DNA of 64,000 bases, taken from contig OZ242260.1 in assembly GCA_965207065.1 (NCBI GenBank), positions 1,408,001-1,472,000 of the forward strand, given 5' to 3'. The DNA is from a bacterium (GTDB lineage: Bacteria; UBA8248). The notes under the pieces were generated by a model. The model ran no database searches, was not told where the DNA came from, and was given only the letters and a program-made list of their open reading frames with translations. Numbering within the stretch: the first letter of the stretch is position 1; the number at the start of each line of letters is the position of its first letter. The translations under genes and the position numbers were made by a program. Of the stretch, positions 45,553-56,431 are shown in pieces.

Positions 45553-47922
45553 ATGAGTCGCAAAATGGTTTGTCTTTATTTTGTTTTTATGTTTTCGTTT
45601 TTTCTCTCCCCTGTAACGCATGCGGCGGATGTTGCCTCAAGTGAAACAACAGAATCAAAAGATTGGGCGATCGTTTTACAAGATGCGACCCGATATCTTC
45701 GAAGTGATGGAAAAACACAGGCTCTAACCCAAGGATATTTATCCTTGGTGCGTCAGATTCGCTCACGCGCGTATGATATAAAAACAAGATTCCAGCAAGA
45801 ACTCGACCAATCTGAAAAGTTGCTCAAAGCTATTGGTCCTCCACCCGCGAAGGACGGCCCGCCGGAAGCGACAGAGATAGCCGACAAAAGAGAGCAATAT
45901 AATCGTCAAATCACTGCTGCCCGAGCGCGGATCTCTGAGGCTGACTTGGCCATTGTTCGTGCTACGGGGTTGGAAGAAACCTTCTCTCGGCAGAGGTTCG
46001 ATCGGTTACTGGAAGAGGTGTACCGCCGAACGCCGATACCCGTTTCACCGGGCGTGATAGTAAAAGGCGTTCCGGAAATTGCGGCCGAAGTTCGGAGCAT
46101 TCTCTATTCTCCCTTAGATTGGCTCGCGATACTCCCCCCCAGCGTGGGTGTTCAATCCGTCTTGCTGCCGGGAGTCTTGGTTTTGATTCTCGGTGCCTTT
46201 TTGGGATGGGGAATTCGGAGGAGCGTTTCGAGTACATTCGGTAAAGACGCCGGAATGACGGACCCCTCATACGCGCGTCGTTTCGGCTTCGCCATCGTAG
46301 AAGGCATTGGTAACACTATTTTACCGGTAGCCGTTCTGGCGACTCTTTATTTATGGCTGACCCGGCCGGGCGCATTGGTGAGTGGGCTGTTTGCCGGCGC
46401 TCTCACGTCTTTTCTTTTGGTCATGTTGTTCTTTTGCCTGGTGGTTTCATTCGCAAGGTCTTTTCTTTCTCCCGATCAACCGGCTTGGCGGCTCACAGGA
46501 CAATCTTCAGAACATGCGCAACGTGCATATCGTTTGATTCTCATGCTGGCGGTTGTTTTCTCAATTGACATGTTTTTTTCGAATCTTTGGGGCGATCGGG
46601 CAGTTTCCGCAGAGGCACTTTCTATCTATTCAGCGGTGTTTGGCAGTCTCGAGGGCTGGTTTGTTCTGAAGCTGGGGAGAGAAGAGCTCTGGCGATCTGA
46701 AGCGGCTCAAGAAGGTGCAACCCAGCAGGGTGGACAGGCGTGGAGATTGATCCGTCGCACTACAAGAGTACTCGCGGTAATTGGTATTGCAGCGTTGTTT
46801 GTTGGATATGGCGCTTTTGGCAAGCGCCTGCTCACCAACCTGGTTTGGACGGGTCTTCTCCTGTGGATAGTGGTTATGTTGCGTGGTTTCATCCATGAAC
46901 TGGTATCTTGGGCAACCAAATCCGAGTCCATACAAGACAAGCTCCACATTCCCGCCCACGTGAGCGAAAGGCTCAGCTCTTGGGAGCGAGTCATTGTCGA
47001 TCCTGTTGTATTTCTTTGCGGCATCCTTATTATCGTGCCCGTTTGGGGAGTGCCGCCGGGTGATCTGATTGGCTGGACGCTGCAAGCCCTGTCCGGTTTT
47101 CAAATAGGCAGCATTCGTATATCTATCATCGATATTTTCATGGCGATTGCTGTTTTTTTAATAGCGATGGCCGGAGCAAGGTTCTTGCAAAGGCAGTTGT
47201 CCGAGCGTTTACTCGATCAGACGAATTTGCCTGCAGGCATCCGGCACTCCCTGAACGCAGGATTCGGTTATGCGGGTGTAATCGTTGCGGCGTTATTGAG
47301 CATTTCGGTGACGGGTATCGATCTCTCGAACCTTGCGCTGGTTGTCAGCGCGCTCTCGGTGGGGATCGGTTTCGGGCTGCAGAATGTAGTGAACAACTTT
47401 ATTTCGGGACTGATACTTCTGGTTGAAAGACCCATCAAGGTAGGCGATTGGGTGCGCGTAGGCAGCGATGAGGGAATAGTGAAAAGAATACAGTTTCGCG
47501 CAACAGAGCTTGAAACATGGCAGCGCGCTTCTGTGATTATCCCGAACGCGGAAATTATTTCTTCATCGGTCATCAACCTGACGCACAGGGATCAGTATGG
47601 TCGTGTTGAGATAGGGATAGGCGTGGCTTACGGCTCCGATGTGGAAAAGGTTCGGGCGATTCTTCTGGATATCGCCGAGAAGAACGAGCGGGTAAGTGAT
47701 GATCCCGCACCTGCCGTCGTGTTTCGCGATTTTGGCGCAAGCAGCCTGGATTTCGAATTACGGTGCTTTACTTCGGATGTGATGAGACGATTGGGAGTCG
47801 CAAGTGATTTGAGGTTTGAGATCGATCGCCGGCTTCGAGAGGAGGGTATCGAGATACCTTTCCCGCAAAGAGTCGTTCACCTCATGAACCCACAATCAAG
47901 CGACCAGGAACAAGAATCGTAA
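45553..47922 (+). CDS. Large MscS/MscK-like mechanosensitive channel
   Basis: Signal peptide, coiled coil, many TMs, LSVGIGFGLQNVVNNFISG, PIKVGDWV, IPFPQR. Confidence 0.92.
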   Translation: MSRKMVCLYFVFMFSFFLSPVTHAADVASSETTESKDWAIVLQDATRYLRSDGKTQALTQGYLSLVRQIRSRAYDIKTRFQQELDQSEKLLKAIGPPPAKDGPPEATEIADKREQYNRQITAARARISEADLAIVRATGLEETFSRQRFDRLLEEVYRRTPIPVSPGVIVKGVPEIAAEVRSILYSPLDWLAILPPSVGVQSVLLPGVLVLILGAFLGWGIRRSVSSTFGKDAGMTDPSYARRFGFAIVEGIGNTILPVAVLATLYLWLTRPGALVSGLFAGALTSFLLVMLFFCLVVSFARSFLSPDQPAWRLTGQSSEHAQRAYRLILMLAVVFSIDMFFSNLWGDRAVSAEALSIYSAVFGSLEGWFVLKLGREELWRSEAAQEGATQQGGQAWRLIRRTTRVLAVIGIAALFVGYGAFGKRLLTNLVWTGLLLWIVVMLRGFIHELVSWATKSESIQDKLHIPAHVSERLSSWERVIVDPVVFLCGILIIVPVWGVPPGDLIGWTLQALSGFQIGSIRISIIDIFMAIAVFLIAMAGARFLQRQLSERLLDQTNLPAGIRHSLNAGFGYAGVIVAALLSISVTGIDLSNLALVVSALSVGIGFGLQNVVNNFISGLILLVERPIKVGDWVRVGSDEGIVKRIQFRATELETWQRASVIIPNAEIISSSVINLTHRDQYGRVEIGIGVAYGSDVEKVRAILLDIAEKNERVSDDPAPAVVFRDFGASSLDFELRCFTSDVMRRLGVASDLRFEIDRRLREEGIEIPFPQRVVHLMNPQSSDQEQES

Positions 47923-47924
47923 GG

Positions 47925-48941
47925 TTATTTGTACGTGTAGGGTTTAGGCTCCGGCTTTAGACTGACCTTATTTCTCATAACTCCCAGCGGCCCCATGTCA
48001 ATTTCCACGATATCCCCCGGCTGAATCCAGCGATCCATCTCCATGCCGCATCCTCCAGGAACGGTGCCTGACCCCATGAGGTCCCCCGTCAGGAGATTCT
48101 CATCCCTGGCGGTATAGGCGATTATTTGAGAGAAAGTCCAATACATTTCTCCGGGCGTGGTTTCCACCCAGGTTTCCCCATTGACTCTCGCTGCCATGGG
48201 AATGTTTTTGGGATCTCCAACCTCATCGGGTGTGGCTATCCATGGGCCCAGGCTCCAGCACCAGTCCTTGCTCTTGTATGGTCCGGTTCCCATCGCCATT
48301 TCGCCCCCTTGTGCATCCCGGGCGCTCCAGTCGTTCAATATCGCGTAACCGAAAATATGCTCATGCGCATCTTCTTCAGAGATATCCCTTCCCGGCACGC
48401 CGATCACGCAGCAGAATTCGAGCTCGAAATCCATTTTCTCTGTGAAGCTCGGCCAGGGAACTTCCTCCTCGGGACCGGCCATATGACCACAACTCGCCTT
48501 GAAGGCAAGCGGACGTTCGTACCAGGTTTTGGGGATTTCAAGGTTCATCACTTCGAATGTTTTTTTGAGATGACGCTCGAATCCGGCGAAGCCACGAATG
48601 AGCGGAGGTTGTTTGATGGGCGCGAGCAGCCGGGCTTCGCTCGGCGCATAAATGATTTGCTCTCCACGAGGTCCGGAAATGTCTTCATGTTCAAGTGCAA
48701 ATTCGAGCGCTTCTTCCGCGGCTTCGATGCCACCTTTGCCAGAAGCAGCAATGGCCAGCATGTCGGATGGAATGAGAGCGTCCGCCATGGCTTGGGGTCT
48801 TGAGGAGCCACGCTGTTTGAACTCCGCCGCCGCTGCGAAATTGAGATCGACGTATCGGAGGTCATCGCCTTCGGCTACAACGGCGCCCAAACGCTCGAAT
48901 GGGCCTACTGGTGTACGCACTTCAAATGTGCAAAATTTCAT
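47925..48941 (-). CDS. Fumarylacetoacetate hydrolase family protein
   Basis: DFELE, NDWSARD, KSKD, GSGT. Confidence 0.92.
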   Translation of the reverse strand: MKFCTFEVRTPVGPFERLGAVVAEGDDLRYVDLNFAAAAEFKQRGSSRPQAMADALIPSDMLAIAASGKGGIEAAEEALEFALEHEDISGPRGEQIIYAPSEARLLAPIKQPPLIRGFAGFERHLKKTFEVMNLEIPKTWYERPLAFKASCGHMAGPEEEVPWPSFTEKMDFELEFCCVIGVPGRDISEEDAHEHIFGYAILNDWSARDAQGGEMAMGTGPYKSKDWCWSLGPWIATPDEVGDPKNIPMAARVNGETWVETTPGEMYWTFSQIIAYTARDENLLTGDLMGSGTVPGGCGMEMDRWIQPGDIVEIDMGPLGVMRNKVSLKPEPKPYTYK

Positions 48942-48987
48942 GGCTTCTCTCCGGGTTGGCTAATTGGAAGGTGTCCATATCTTCTTA

Positions 48988-49509
48988 TTACAAATCGACT
49001 TTGTCGCGCTCATCTGTTTCCGGGAAAGGACCTTCTTTGATTTCGATGAGTTTTGAATCATCTTCCAGGAATTCAACTTCATGCCCCTCGTACATCAGTA
49101 TGAGATCATCGCGATGCAAAATCGCATCGCCCAGATTTTCTCCTTCCCTGGTGAATACGCCGACTCGAACCTTCCCGCGTTGACACAAGAGAATCTGGTG
49201 CCGTGTGGTATTCGTGGTTCTCTCTTCCACAACGTGATAATGCGCTTTCGTGATCGCGCCTTTGGGTCTGTTCAAGACGATGATTTGCAGGGGCACGTCA
49301 TCGTCTGTCATATGTGCCTTGGTGTTTCGCTCCGCTTCGATGTCCTGGCCGGCGTATGAGGTGCGAATGTGTTCTTTCGCCTCCTCGGTGTCCAGATAAG
49401 GAGGAAACTTGGCGTAATCGTTGAAATCACCTTTGATGTGGATGGCAATGATGCGCCCATCAGAAGCTTTGTAGTAGTTCACATTTTTAGAATCGACTTC
49501 TAAAGACAT
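48988..49509 (-). CDS. Cupin-fold hypothetical protein
   Basis: AHYH, GH, IEIKEGPF; GAGG RBS. Confidence 0.65.
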   Translation of the reverse strand: MSLEVDSKNVNYYKASDGRIIAIHIKGDFNDYAKFPPYLDTEEAKEHIRTSYAGQDIEAERNTKAHMTDDDVPLQIIVLNRPKGAITKAHYHVVEERTTNTTRHQILLCQRGKVRVGVFTREGENLGDAILHRDDLILMYEGHEVEFLEDDSKLIEIKEGPFPETDERDKVDL

Positions 49510-49584
49510 AATATTCCTCGGAAGTGAATAAAATCAGAGAAACAGTTATTTAGCACGGAACAAAAAAATGGTTTCCCAAGGATA

Positions 49585-50469
49585 TCATAATTCCACTTTT
49601 GTGATCTTCATGTGAAAGTCAAGTGGAGGGGCGGAGCGGACGAGCGAACTGGTGGAGATGAAGTCCACTCCAGTCTCTGCGATGCTCCTGATGTTGGCAT
49701 CAGCAATGCCGGAGGCCTCAAGTTCATAGGGTTTTTGTGTTTTTAAGGTGATTCCGACTTTCCGGGTACGCGCAACGGCTTTTCGGAGTGTTTCTATATC
49801 CATGTTGTCGAGCAGAATCATGTGCACTCGACCATCTTCGAGCACTTCTTCCAGTTGAACCAGATCCTGCACTTCGATTTGAGTTTCCGTCATGTATCGG
49901 TTGCCGAATTGCCTGTCGATGGCGGTGGGGATGGAGCCGGCGGCTACGATGTCGTTGTCCTTTATCATCTCCCCGTCGAAAAAACCGAGGCGGTGATTCC
50001 GCCCGCCACCCGCTCGAACTGCGTATTTTTCAAAATTACGCAAGCCTGGCCGATTCTTTCTTGTATCAATGATGCCTTTGAGAGTTTCCGGGAAGTCCCC
50101 GAAACGAGCCAATGTATTAGCCGTGTGCGTGGCGATCTCTGAGATATGCGATAGTAGATTGAGTGCTGTGCGTTCCGCCTTCAAAATTGTCTGGGTATGG
50201 CCGGATACGCGCGCTAAAAGTTCACCCCTGGAAATACTGGCGCCTTCGCTTTTGCTCCATATGACTTCAGGCGGGCTGCTTTTTCCGAGGGCTAGTATGT
50301 TTTGGGTTTCTTCTAAGACAAGAAGGATAAACGGGGAACCCGCGAGAATGGCATCGCTTTTCGAGCGCAATTCCGCCACGCACAAGGGTTCTTTCTCAGC
50401 GTCGTAATGAAGGGGAGCGCTCCCAAAATCCTCCAGGAGCCATTCGCGGATTCTAGAGCGGATGTCCAT
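49585..50469 (-). CDS. nadC: Nicotinate-nucleotide pyrophosphorylase (quinolinate phosphoribosyltransferase)
   Basis: AERTALN, DTRK, NHRLG, IKDN, LLDNM, LEASG; next to nadA. Confidence 0.93.
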   Translation of the reverse strand: MDIRSRIREWLLEDFGSAPLHYDAEKEPLCVAELRSKSDAILAGSPFILLVLEETQNILALGKSSPPEVIWSKSEGASISRGELLARVSGHTQTILKAERTALNLLSHISEIATHTANTLARFGDFPETLKGIIDTRKNRPGLRNFEKYAVRAGGGRNHRLGFFDGEMIKDNDIVAAGSIPTAIDRQFGNRYMTETQIEVQDLVQLEEVLEDGRVHMILLDNMDIETLRKAVARTRKVGITLKTQKPYELEASGIADANIRSIAETGVDFISTSSLVRSAPPLDFHMKITKVEL

Positions 50470-50487
50470 ATCTAGTGGAAATTGGTG

Positions 50488-51612
50488 TTATACGATTTCG
50501 AGCATACGTTCGATGGGCATTCGCGCGCGCCGAGCCAGTTCCGGATCCACGGTAATTTCATGTTTCAGATCCCGTAAGCATTCATACAGGTTTTGCAGCG
50601 TGTTTTGTTTCATGTAGGCGCATAGCGCTTCACGACTCGCGGGAATCAAGGTTTTGTCTGGAACCGCTTTGGACATTGGGTGGAGGTTTCCGACCTCGGT
50701 CGCCACGATGACTTCCGAGTGCGGGATTTCCTCTACCAACTTGATCATGCCCTGAGTCGATCGGAACTGAAGCATGTCTTCAGGCACGATGCCGTCGTTC
50801 ACTTGTCGCATGCAGGCGCTGGTGCATCCGCACTCGGGGTGAACCACGGTGATGGCTTCGGGGTGTAGTTGTTGCTGCTCCATGACGTGATGGGGGCGAA
50901 TCCTTTCATGCACGTGACACGCGCCCATCATGAGATGGAGGCGGTCCAAAGAATGACCTTTGCTCTCCAGTAGCTTGGCTGCGTAGAAGCCCAGGAATAC
51001 GTCGGGCAAAAACAGTATCGGCTGCTCAGGCTTTGAGTTTTCGAGAATATGGAGGGTGACTTTACCCGCGTTGGCCGACGCGCAACAGTAATCGCTCTCG
51101 GCTTTTACTTCCAGATAAGTGTTTACGTAACTGATGACGATTCCGTCTGGATGCTCTTTCTTCCAATCTCGAATTTTTTCGACATCGGCATGAGCGGCCA
51201 AAGAGCAGAGCGCCTTGAGACTGGGGGCCAGAACGGTTTGATGGGGTTTTTTGAGAGCAGCCAAAATCTGATTCATGAACAAGACGGATGGCTCAACGAG
51301 ATAATCCGCATCCGAGGCGGCGCCTTGCTGGGCCAAGAATAATGAATCCCCGATAATATCGGAGACGTCCTGAATATCTTGGGGCACATAATTATGCGCC
51401 AGGATAAGAGCGTTTCTTTCTTTCTTGAGACGCCGGACCTCACCTTGCAGGAATTCTCTTTCCTCTTCCGTGATGTTCTCGGGATGAGCGTTTTCTGGGA
51501 TTTCAGGAACATCGATGGAAGGCCCGAGGTCAGCTTGGTCCATCAAAGCGATGGCATCTTTTGCTGGAAGGATGTCACCTGCCTCAACATCTAAAATCAT
51601 TTCAAGCTCCAC
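50488..51612 (-). CDS. nadA: Quinolinate synthase
   Basis: ILAHNY, GDSL, CSLA, SYVNT, CHVH, HPEC, CAYMK. Confidence 0.94.
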   Translation of the reverse strand: MELEMILDVEAGDILPAKDAIALMDQADLGPSIDVPEIPENAHPENITEEEREFLQGEVRRLKKERNALILAHNYVPQDIQDVSDIIGDSLFLAQQGAASDADYLVEPSVLFMNQILAALKKPHQTVLAPSLKALCSLAAHADVEKIRDWKKEHPDGIVISYVNTYLEVKAESDYCCASANAGKVTLHILENSKPEQPILFLPDVFLGFYAAKLLESKGHSLDRLHLMMGACHVHERIRPHHVMEQQQLHPEAITVVHPECGCTSACMRQVNDGIVPEDMLQFRSTQGMIKLVEEIPHSEVIVATEVGNLHPMSKAVPDKTLIPASREALCAYMKQNTLQNLYECLRDLKHEITVDPELARRARMPIERMLEIV

Positions 51613-52058
51613 TTGTTTGGATGTCGTAAAGATACGCTTTATCTTTCAGTAAAGTTGCTTGTTTTGCTTGCGCATAAAATCACAAGCTAAAGCAAAAAAT
51701 AATGAGCCCGATTAAACGCTCAGTTCCACTCCTGACAAATAAAACATGATACGGGACATGGACTCTCCTACCCCTTTCTGCTCTTATTATTCCAGTCTTG
51801 AGAAGATATGTAAAATGGAAATAGAGAAAAAAGTGGTTTTATCTTGCCGAGCTGTATGGTTTTTGTTACGTTTCGTTCTTGTGATTTTTGCCATCGGTTA
51901 TTGAAGACGCAGGGGAAGAGTACCAACTCCCTCTACAGTGATTCGAATCGCGGGTCGCCGGGCGAGACGACTCGTTTTTTTTATTAACCGATATTCGTCG
52001 CGCATCCTTCATCTGAATTCGTTTTCCTTTAGAAGCTGGGGGTATTGGAGAATCCATC

Positions 52059-52253
52059 ATGTCCCGTGGTGTGATTTGGTTGTTGGGCACATTGTTTTTG
52101 TCAGGGCTTTTCATTTTCGCGCTGAATGGGATTTGTACGAAAACGTTGATTTTCCCGAGATTAACTGGATATTTTTGTCCTAAACCCAGGATGAAATTGA
52201 TAACGGTTCCACAGAATCCTGCGCCCGAAGGCGCGGAACGGAAAAAAAACTGA
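52059..52253 (+). CDS. Small hypothetical membrane protein
   Basis: GGAG RBS, one hydrophobic helix, ends 33 nt before the next co-oriented gene. Confidence 0.4.
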   Translation: MSRGVIWLLGTLFLSGLFIFALNGICTKTLIFPRLTGYFCPKPRMKLITVPQNPAPEGAERKKN

Positions 52254-52286
52254 TCAATTACAAGGCTTTTTCAGAAAGGTGAGGTT

Positions 52287-53693
52287 ATGAACGATTCAGA
52301 TTCGCTCATCACAGATGCCATCGTCAAATTTGTCTTGGAGACCGAATACGATAACATTCCTGAAGATGTACGAATAATCATGCGTCGCTGTTTCGTGGAT
52401 GGAATCGGTCTGATGGTTGCGGGTTCCACGGAAGAAAGTGGCCATATCATCCAAAACTACCTTAAGGAAATCGGAGGAGAGCCTGAGGCTCGGGTAATCG
52501 GGACAAGCATGATGGTGCCTGCGCATCTCGCCGCTTTGGCCAATGGCATCGCGGGCCACGCAATGGATTATGACGATACGCAGTTGAGCAGCTATCCGGA
52601 TCGCGTGTATGGCTTGTTGACTCACCCCACGTGTCCTGTGATGCCCGCTGCTCTGGCTCTTGCCGAGGCGCTTGGCGCAACGGGGCAGGAATTGCTCACC
52701 GCATTCGCGCTGGGATTCGAAGTGGAATGCAAGGTGGCGGAGGCGATTCGGCCGGATCATTACGTAAAAGGATTTCACTCCACGGGAACGATCGGCGCCA
52801 TCGGAGCGGCGACTGCAGCGGCGAAATTGATGGGATTGGATGAGCATCAATTGCGCATGTGCTACGGAATCGTTTGCTCGGAAAGCGCCGGTCTTCGTGC
52901 GAATTTTGGAACGATGACGAAGCCTTATCACTGCGGTCGCGCGGCGGAAAACGGCGTTGTGGCGGCGAGACTGGCGTCGGGTGGATACACTTCGGACCCC
53001 ACGGTTTTTGACGGACAATGGGGATTCTTCCAGATCATGGGTGGCGGCTGCGATAGAGATTATATTGTCGGGAAACTCGGCAACGCCTGGTCGGCGGTGG
53101 ATCCGGGCGTGTCGATTAAACCCTACCCTTGCGGTTCCCTAGCGCACCCCGCCATGGATGCCGCCAGGGATCTGATTTTGGAAAACGACATCAAACCCGA
53201 CCAGGTGAAAGAGTTGCGTTTCGGCACCACCTCGCGCGTACTCGAGCCTCTACGCTACAAGGAACCACAGAACGAGCTGGAGGCGAAATTCTCTTTACAG
53301 TTCGGCTTCGGCATCTTGCTACTCGAGCGCGCGGCCGGCATCACTCAATATAAAGACGAAGTCGTAAGTCGCCCCGATGTCGTAGAGATGATGAAAAAGA
53401 TAAATCCCTTTATGGACGATGAAATCGAAGCCCAGGGCTACGCGCTGATTCGCGGCAAGGTGGCGATAGAACTTGAAGACGGGACGGTGTACGAGAAAAT
53501 GTCGGAAATCTCTCGCGGCACTCCTCAGCGCCCCATGGATCGTGAGGAACTTTACGAGAAATTCACGGAATGCACTAGTTTAGTGTACGAGGGCGATCAG
53601 ATCGCCTTGATTGAAGCGATGCTCTATAAAATCGATACGCTCGAAAATATCCATGGTCTTATCGATCTTTTGGGCGAGAAAGTGGAAGTCTAA
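52287..53693 (+). CDS. MmgE/PrpD family protein
   Basis: HAMDYDD, HP, GFHSTGT, KPYPCG, AKFS. Confidence 0.92.
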   Translation: MNDSDSLITDAIVKFVLETEYDNIPEDVRIIMRRCFVDGIGLMVAGSTEESGHIIQNYLKEIGGEPEARVIGTSMMVPAHLAALANGIAGHAMDYDDTQLSSYPDRVYGLLTHPTCPVMPAALALAEALGATGQELLTAFALGFEVECKVAEAIRPDHYVKGFHSTGTIGAIGAATAAAKLMGLDEHQLRMCYGIVCSESAGLRANFGTMTKPYHCGRAAENGVVAARLASGGYTSDPTVFDGQWGFFQIMGGGCDRDYIVGKLGNAWSAVDPGVSIKPYPCGSLAHPAMDAARDLILENDIKPDQVKELRFGTTSRVLEPLRYKEPQNELEAKFSLQFGFGILLLERAAGITQYKDEVVSRPDVVEMMKKINPFMDDEIEAQGYALIRGKVAIELEDGTVYEKMSEISRGTPQRPMDREELYEKFTECTSLVYEGDQIALIEAMLYKIDTLENIHGLIDLLGEKVEV

Positions 53694-53761
53694 ATTTTTC
53701 CCTCACCAGATGTGTATCGTTCGCCCAAGGGCCAGACTGACGAAATGCAAGGGACAAGAAA

Positions 53762-54157
53762 TTGGGTTTTCACCGTTGGGAAGACGTTCCGCAAACACAG
53801 AATCTTCGTAAGGGAACCATGCGCCGTGCAGCCGCGTTGGATGGGTTGACGATGCAGCGCGGCGAGATAGCTCCCGACACGCTGTTCGATGAGAGCACGA
53901 TTCATCGCCACCCCGAAGATCAGTTTATCGTCGTGCTTGAGGGTAAACTGAAAATGCACATCGATGGTGTCGAGGAATGGCTCGAGTCCGGTGGTTTCGC
54001 CTCCATCCCGGGCGGTGTGTTCCATAGCGCAACGGGCGTGGGGCCTGAGGGTGCGAAATACATTGAAGTATTGTCCTCGGGACGCATCGACTACTTGCCA
54101 GGCTATTTGGGTGAGCCGAAAAACGAATTCTTACATCAGAAGAAAGACGTTTCATGA
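53762..54157 (+). CDS. Cupin domain protein
   Basis: HRHPEDQ, IPGGVFH. Confidence 0.82.
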   Translation: MGFHRWEDVPQTQNLRKGTMRRAAALDGLTMQRGEIAPDTLFDESTIHRHPEDQFIVVLEGKLKMHIDGVEEWLESGGFASIPGGVFHSATGVGPEGAKYIEVLSSGRIDYLPGYLGEPKNEFLHQKKDVS

Positions 54158-54546
54158 TGACAGAAGATGCGAAAAGAATTTTTGTCGTTTGCTCTGATTT
54201 GATGTTCTCCGCCGGTATTCGGGAAGTTGGAATATCGCAGGGAGTCTCATTGGAGTTCATCGATTCAGAGGAGAAATTTGACGAGGCTCTCGATAAATTT
54301 CGCGCCTCATTATTCATGTCCGATTTGCATCACCACAAACTAGGTGGTGAAACGGCAGGTGAACTCGTCAAAAAGCTAAAAGCCAGTCAAAAAAACAAAG
54401 AAGCGTTTACCATCGCCTGGGGAAAGCATACCGAGCCGGAGTTGCTCAAGTCGGCGGTTCAAGCGGGCTTTGACAAGGTAGTGCCCCGGTCCTTGTTTGT
54501 GAAAGAAATGCCAGAGTTCATTCGACAGGCAGCAAGTCGAATTTAA
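54154..54546 (+). CDS. CheY-like/receiver-fold hypothetical protein
   Basis: DLMF, DL, WGKH, AGFDKVVPRS pattern of stand-alone receiver-like proteins. Confidence 0.6.
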   Translation: MMTEDAKRIFVVCSDLMFSAGIREVGISQGVSLEFIDSEEKFDEALDKFRASLFMSDLHHHKLGGETAGELVKKLKASQKNKEAFTIAWGKHTEPELLKSAVQAGFDKVVPRSLFVKEMPEFIRQAASRI

Positions 54547-54554
54547 CTGACCGC

Positions 54555-54884
54555 ATGACCTCCCTTCGCCTTCGCATCGAAAAGAGACTCAACCCAGAAT
54601 CATTCGATGGTTCCCTCATCTGGTGGTTGCAAGTGCCAACGTCACGGCAAAATTACTTGCAAGCGATATTGGAAGGTTATGACGATTTAGGGTACTACCA
54701 AACTTTTCATGCTTGCGCCGAGAAAAACGAATATGGCGAACCTATGTCTCTTGCACGGCTGACTTCAACCATTGACGCGGAAGTCCAGATGAAGATGCTC
54801 CTCCGGGCGCTCTCTCGCGAAATTAACCTCAAAATTCTGGATGGCGCGCCTCCGTTCAAACCTTCAGAACAACCAAGAGTATAA
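54555..54884 (+). CDS. Hypothetical protein (DUF4911-like)
   Basis: YLQAILEGYDDLG motif; in the operon with tupABC. Confidence 0.55.
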   Translation: MTSLRLRIEKRLNPESFDGSLIWWLQVPTSRQNYLQAILEGYDDLGYYQTFHACAEKNEYGEPMSLARLTSTIDAEVQMKMLLRALSREINLKILDGAPPFKPSEQPRV

Positions 54885-54894
54885 AGGCATCCCG

Positions 54895-55722
54895 ATGACG
54901 CGGTGTTTTCTCTCGCGCTTGTTCCTGGCTTTATTGTTGGTTTTGGGATTTTGGACCCATGCTTCTGCGCTGGATCGCCTGAAAATTGCGACTACGACGA
55001 GTACAGAGAATTCCGGATTGCTCAAGCAATTACATCCGGTATTCGAGAAGAAATATCTTGTTTCCGTACACACCATATCCGTAGGCACGGGGAAAGCATT
55101 GCGCTTGGGGCAAAATGGCGATGTGGATGTTGTGCTCGTCCATGCGAAAAAGGCGGAAGATTTGTTCATGGCCAGCGGCTACGGTGCTCGCAGAAGAGCC
55201 GTCATGTATAACGATTTTGTGATCGTGGGCCCGCCGTCGGACCCTGCCGGAGTATTCAAGACATTCGATGTATCCGAAGCTCTGCTCCAGATAGAGAATT
55301 CGAAAAGCCTTTGGTTCAGCAGGGGCGATGATTCCGGAACACACAAGAAGGAAATGGAACTTTGGAGAGATGCCGGCGTCGGCGTGTTTGGTTCCTGGTA
55401 TCGCGCTTTGGGCCAAGGAATGGGCAGAACGCTGATGGCGGCGGATGAGAAAAGCGGATACACGCTTACGGACAGAGGCACGTATATCGCTCTCGTTGCG
55501 AACAGAAAAGTTTCTCTCAAGATTCAAGGTCCGAGAGGAGAGCGTCTGCACAACCCCTATAGCGTGATTGCCGTGAACCCAAAGCGCCATCCGCACGTGA
55601 AAATCGATTTGGCGGTGAAATACATCGATTTTCTTACATCCGGCGAGGGGCAAGACATCATCCGTGATTTTCGGCTCATGGGAAAGCAACTCTTTTATCC
55701 AAACGCGAAAACCCCCCGTTGA
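54895..55722 (+). CDS. tupA: Tungstate ABC transporter substrate-binding protein
   Basis: Signal peptide, ATTTSTENSGLL (TTTS motif), GTGKAL, SRGDDSGTH, YTLTDRGT. Confidence 0.92.
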   Translation: MTRCFLSRLFLALLLVLGFWTHASALDRLKIATTTSTENSGLLKQLHPVFEKKYLVSVHTISVGTGKALRLGQNGDVDVVLVHAKKAEDLFMASGYGARRRAVMYNDFVIVGPPSDPAGVFKTFDVSEALLQIENSKSLWFSRGDDSGTHKKEMELWRDAGVGVFGSWYRALGQGMGRTLMAADEKSGYTLTDRGTYIALVANRKVSLKIQGPRGERLHNPYSVIAVNPKRHPHVKIDLAVKYIDFLTSGEGQDIIRDFRLMGKQLFYPNAKTPR

Positions 55723-55743
55723 TGGGCTTGGAGGAGGAGCGTC

Positions 55744-56430
55744 TTGGAGTTCTTGCTTGATGGGTTTGCCGATGGGTTGATGCGTGTGCTTCGGGCGGAC
55801 CCGCATGTCATGCTCGCCGCCTGGGTGACCATCAAGGTAGGTATTTGGGCTACGATACTAGCGTCTCTTATCGGCTTGCCGGTTGGGTTTTTACTGGCGA
55901 TGGGCCGCTTTAGAGGACGCGGGTTTGCTATCACACTCCTCCAGACATCACTGGGCTTGCCGACCGTCGTTATCGGGCTGCTCGCGTATGGTTTCCTCTC
56001 CAGGCGAGGTCCTTTGGGATTCGCCGACTTGTTGTTCACTCCCTCGGCCATAGTTGTTGGTTTGGTTGTCCTGGCGGTTCCACTCGTGGCGGTTTTCTCT
56101 ATGACGTCTGTCGCATCCGTGGACGGAAGGGTACGGGAAACAGCCCTGACATTGGGCGCGTCGAACGGGCTTGTGGCATGGACGGTGCTGCGCGAAGCAC
56201 GCTTCGGGATGATAGCGGCGGTGCTGGCGGCATTTGGCCGTGTATCCTCGGAAGTGGGAATCGCCATGATGCTCGGAGGGAATATAGAAGGATATACACG
56301 AACCCTGACCACAGCCATTGCGCTTGAAAGCATGAAAGGTGAATTCGGTTTCGGGATCGCGCTGGGCGTTGTGCTTTTGGCGATCATTTTCGTGACGAAT
56401 CTTCTTTCTCGCTATATTCAAAGGTCCTGA
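55744..56430 (+). CDS. tupB: Tungstate ABC transporter permease
   Basis: LPTVVIGL, LSRRGPLG, SEVG..MMLGGNI, TRTLTTAI. Confidence 0.9.
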   Translation: MEFLLDGFADGLMRVLRADPHVMLAAWVTIKVGIWATILASLIGLPVGFLLAMGRFRGRGFAITLLQTSLGLPTVVIGLLAYGFLSRRGPLGFADLLFTPSAIVVGLVVLAVPLVAVFSMTSVASVDGRVRETALTLGASNGLVAWTVLREARFGMIAAVLAAFGRVSSEVGIAMMLGGNIEGYTRTLTTAIALESMKGEFGFGIALGVVLLAIIFVTNLLSRYIQRS

Positions 56431-56431
56431 T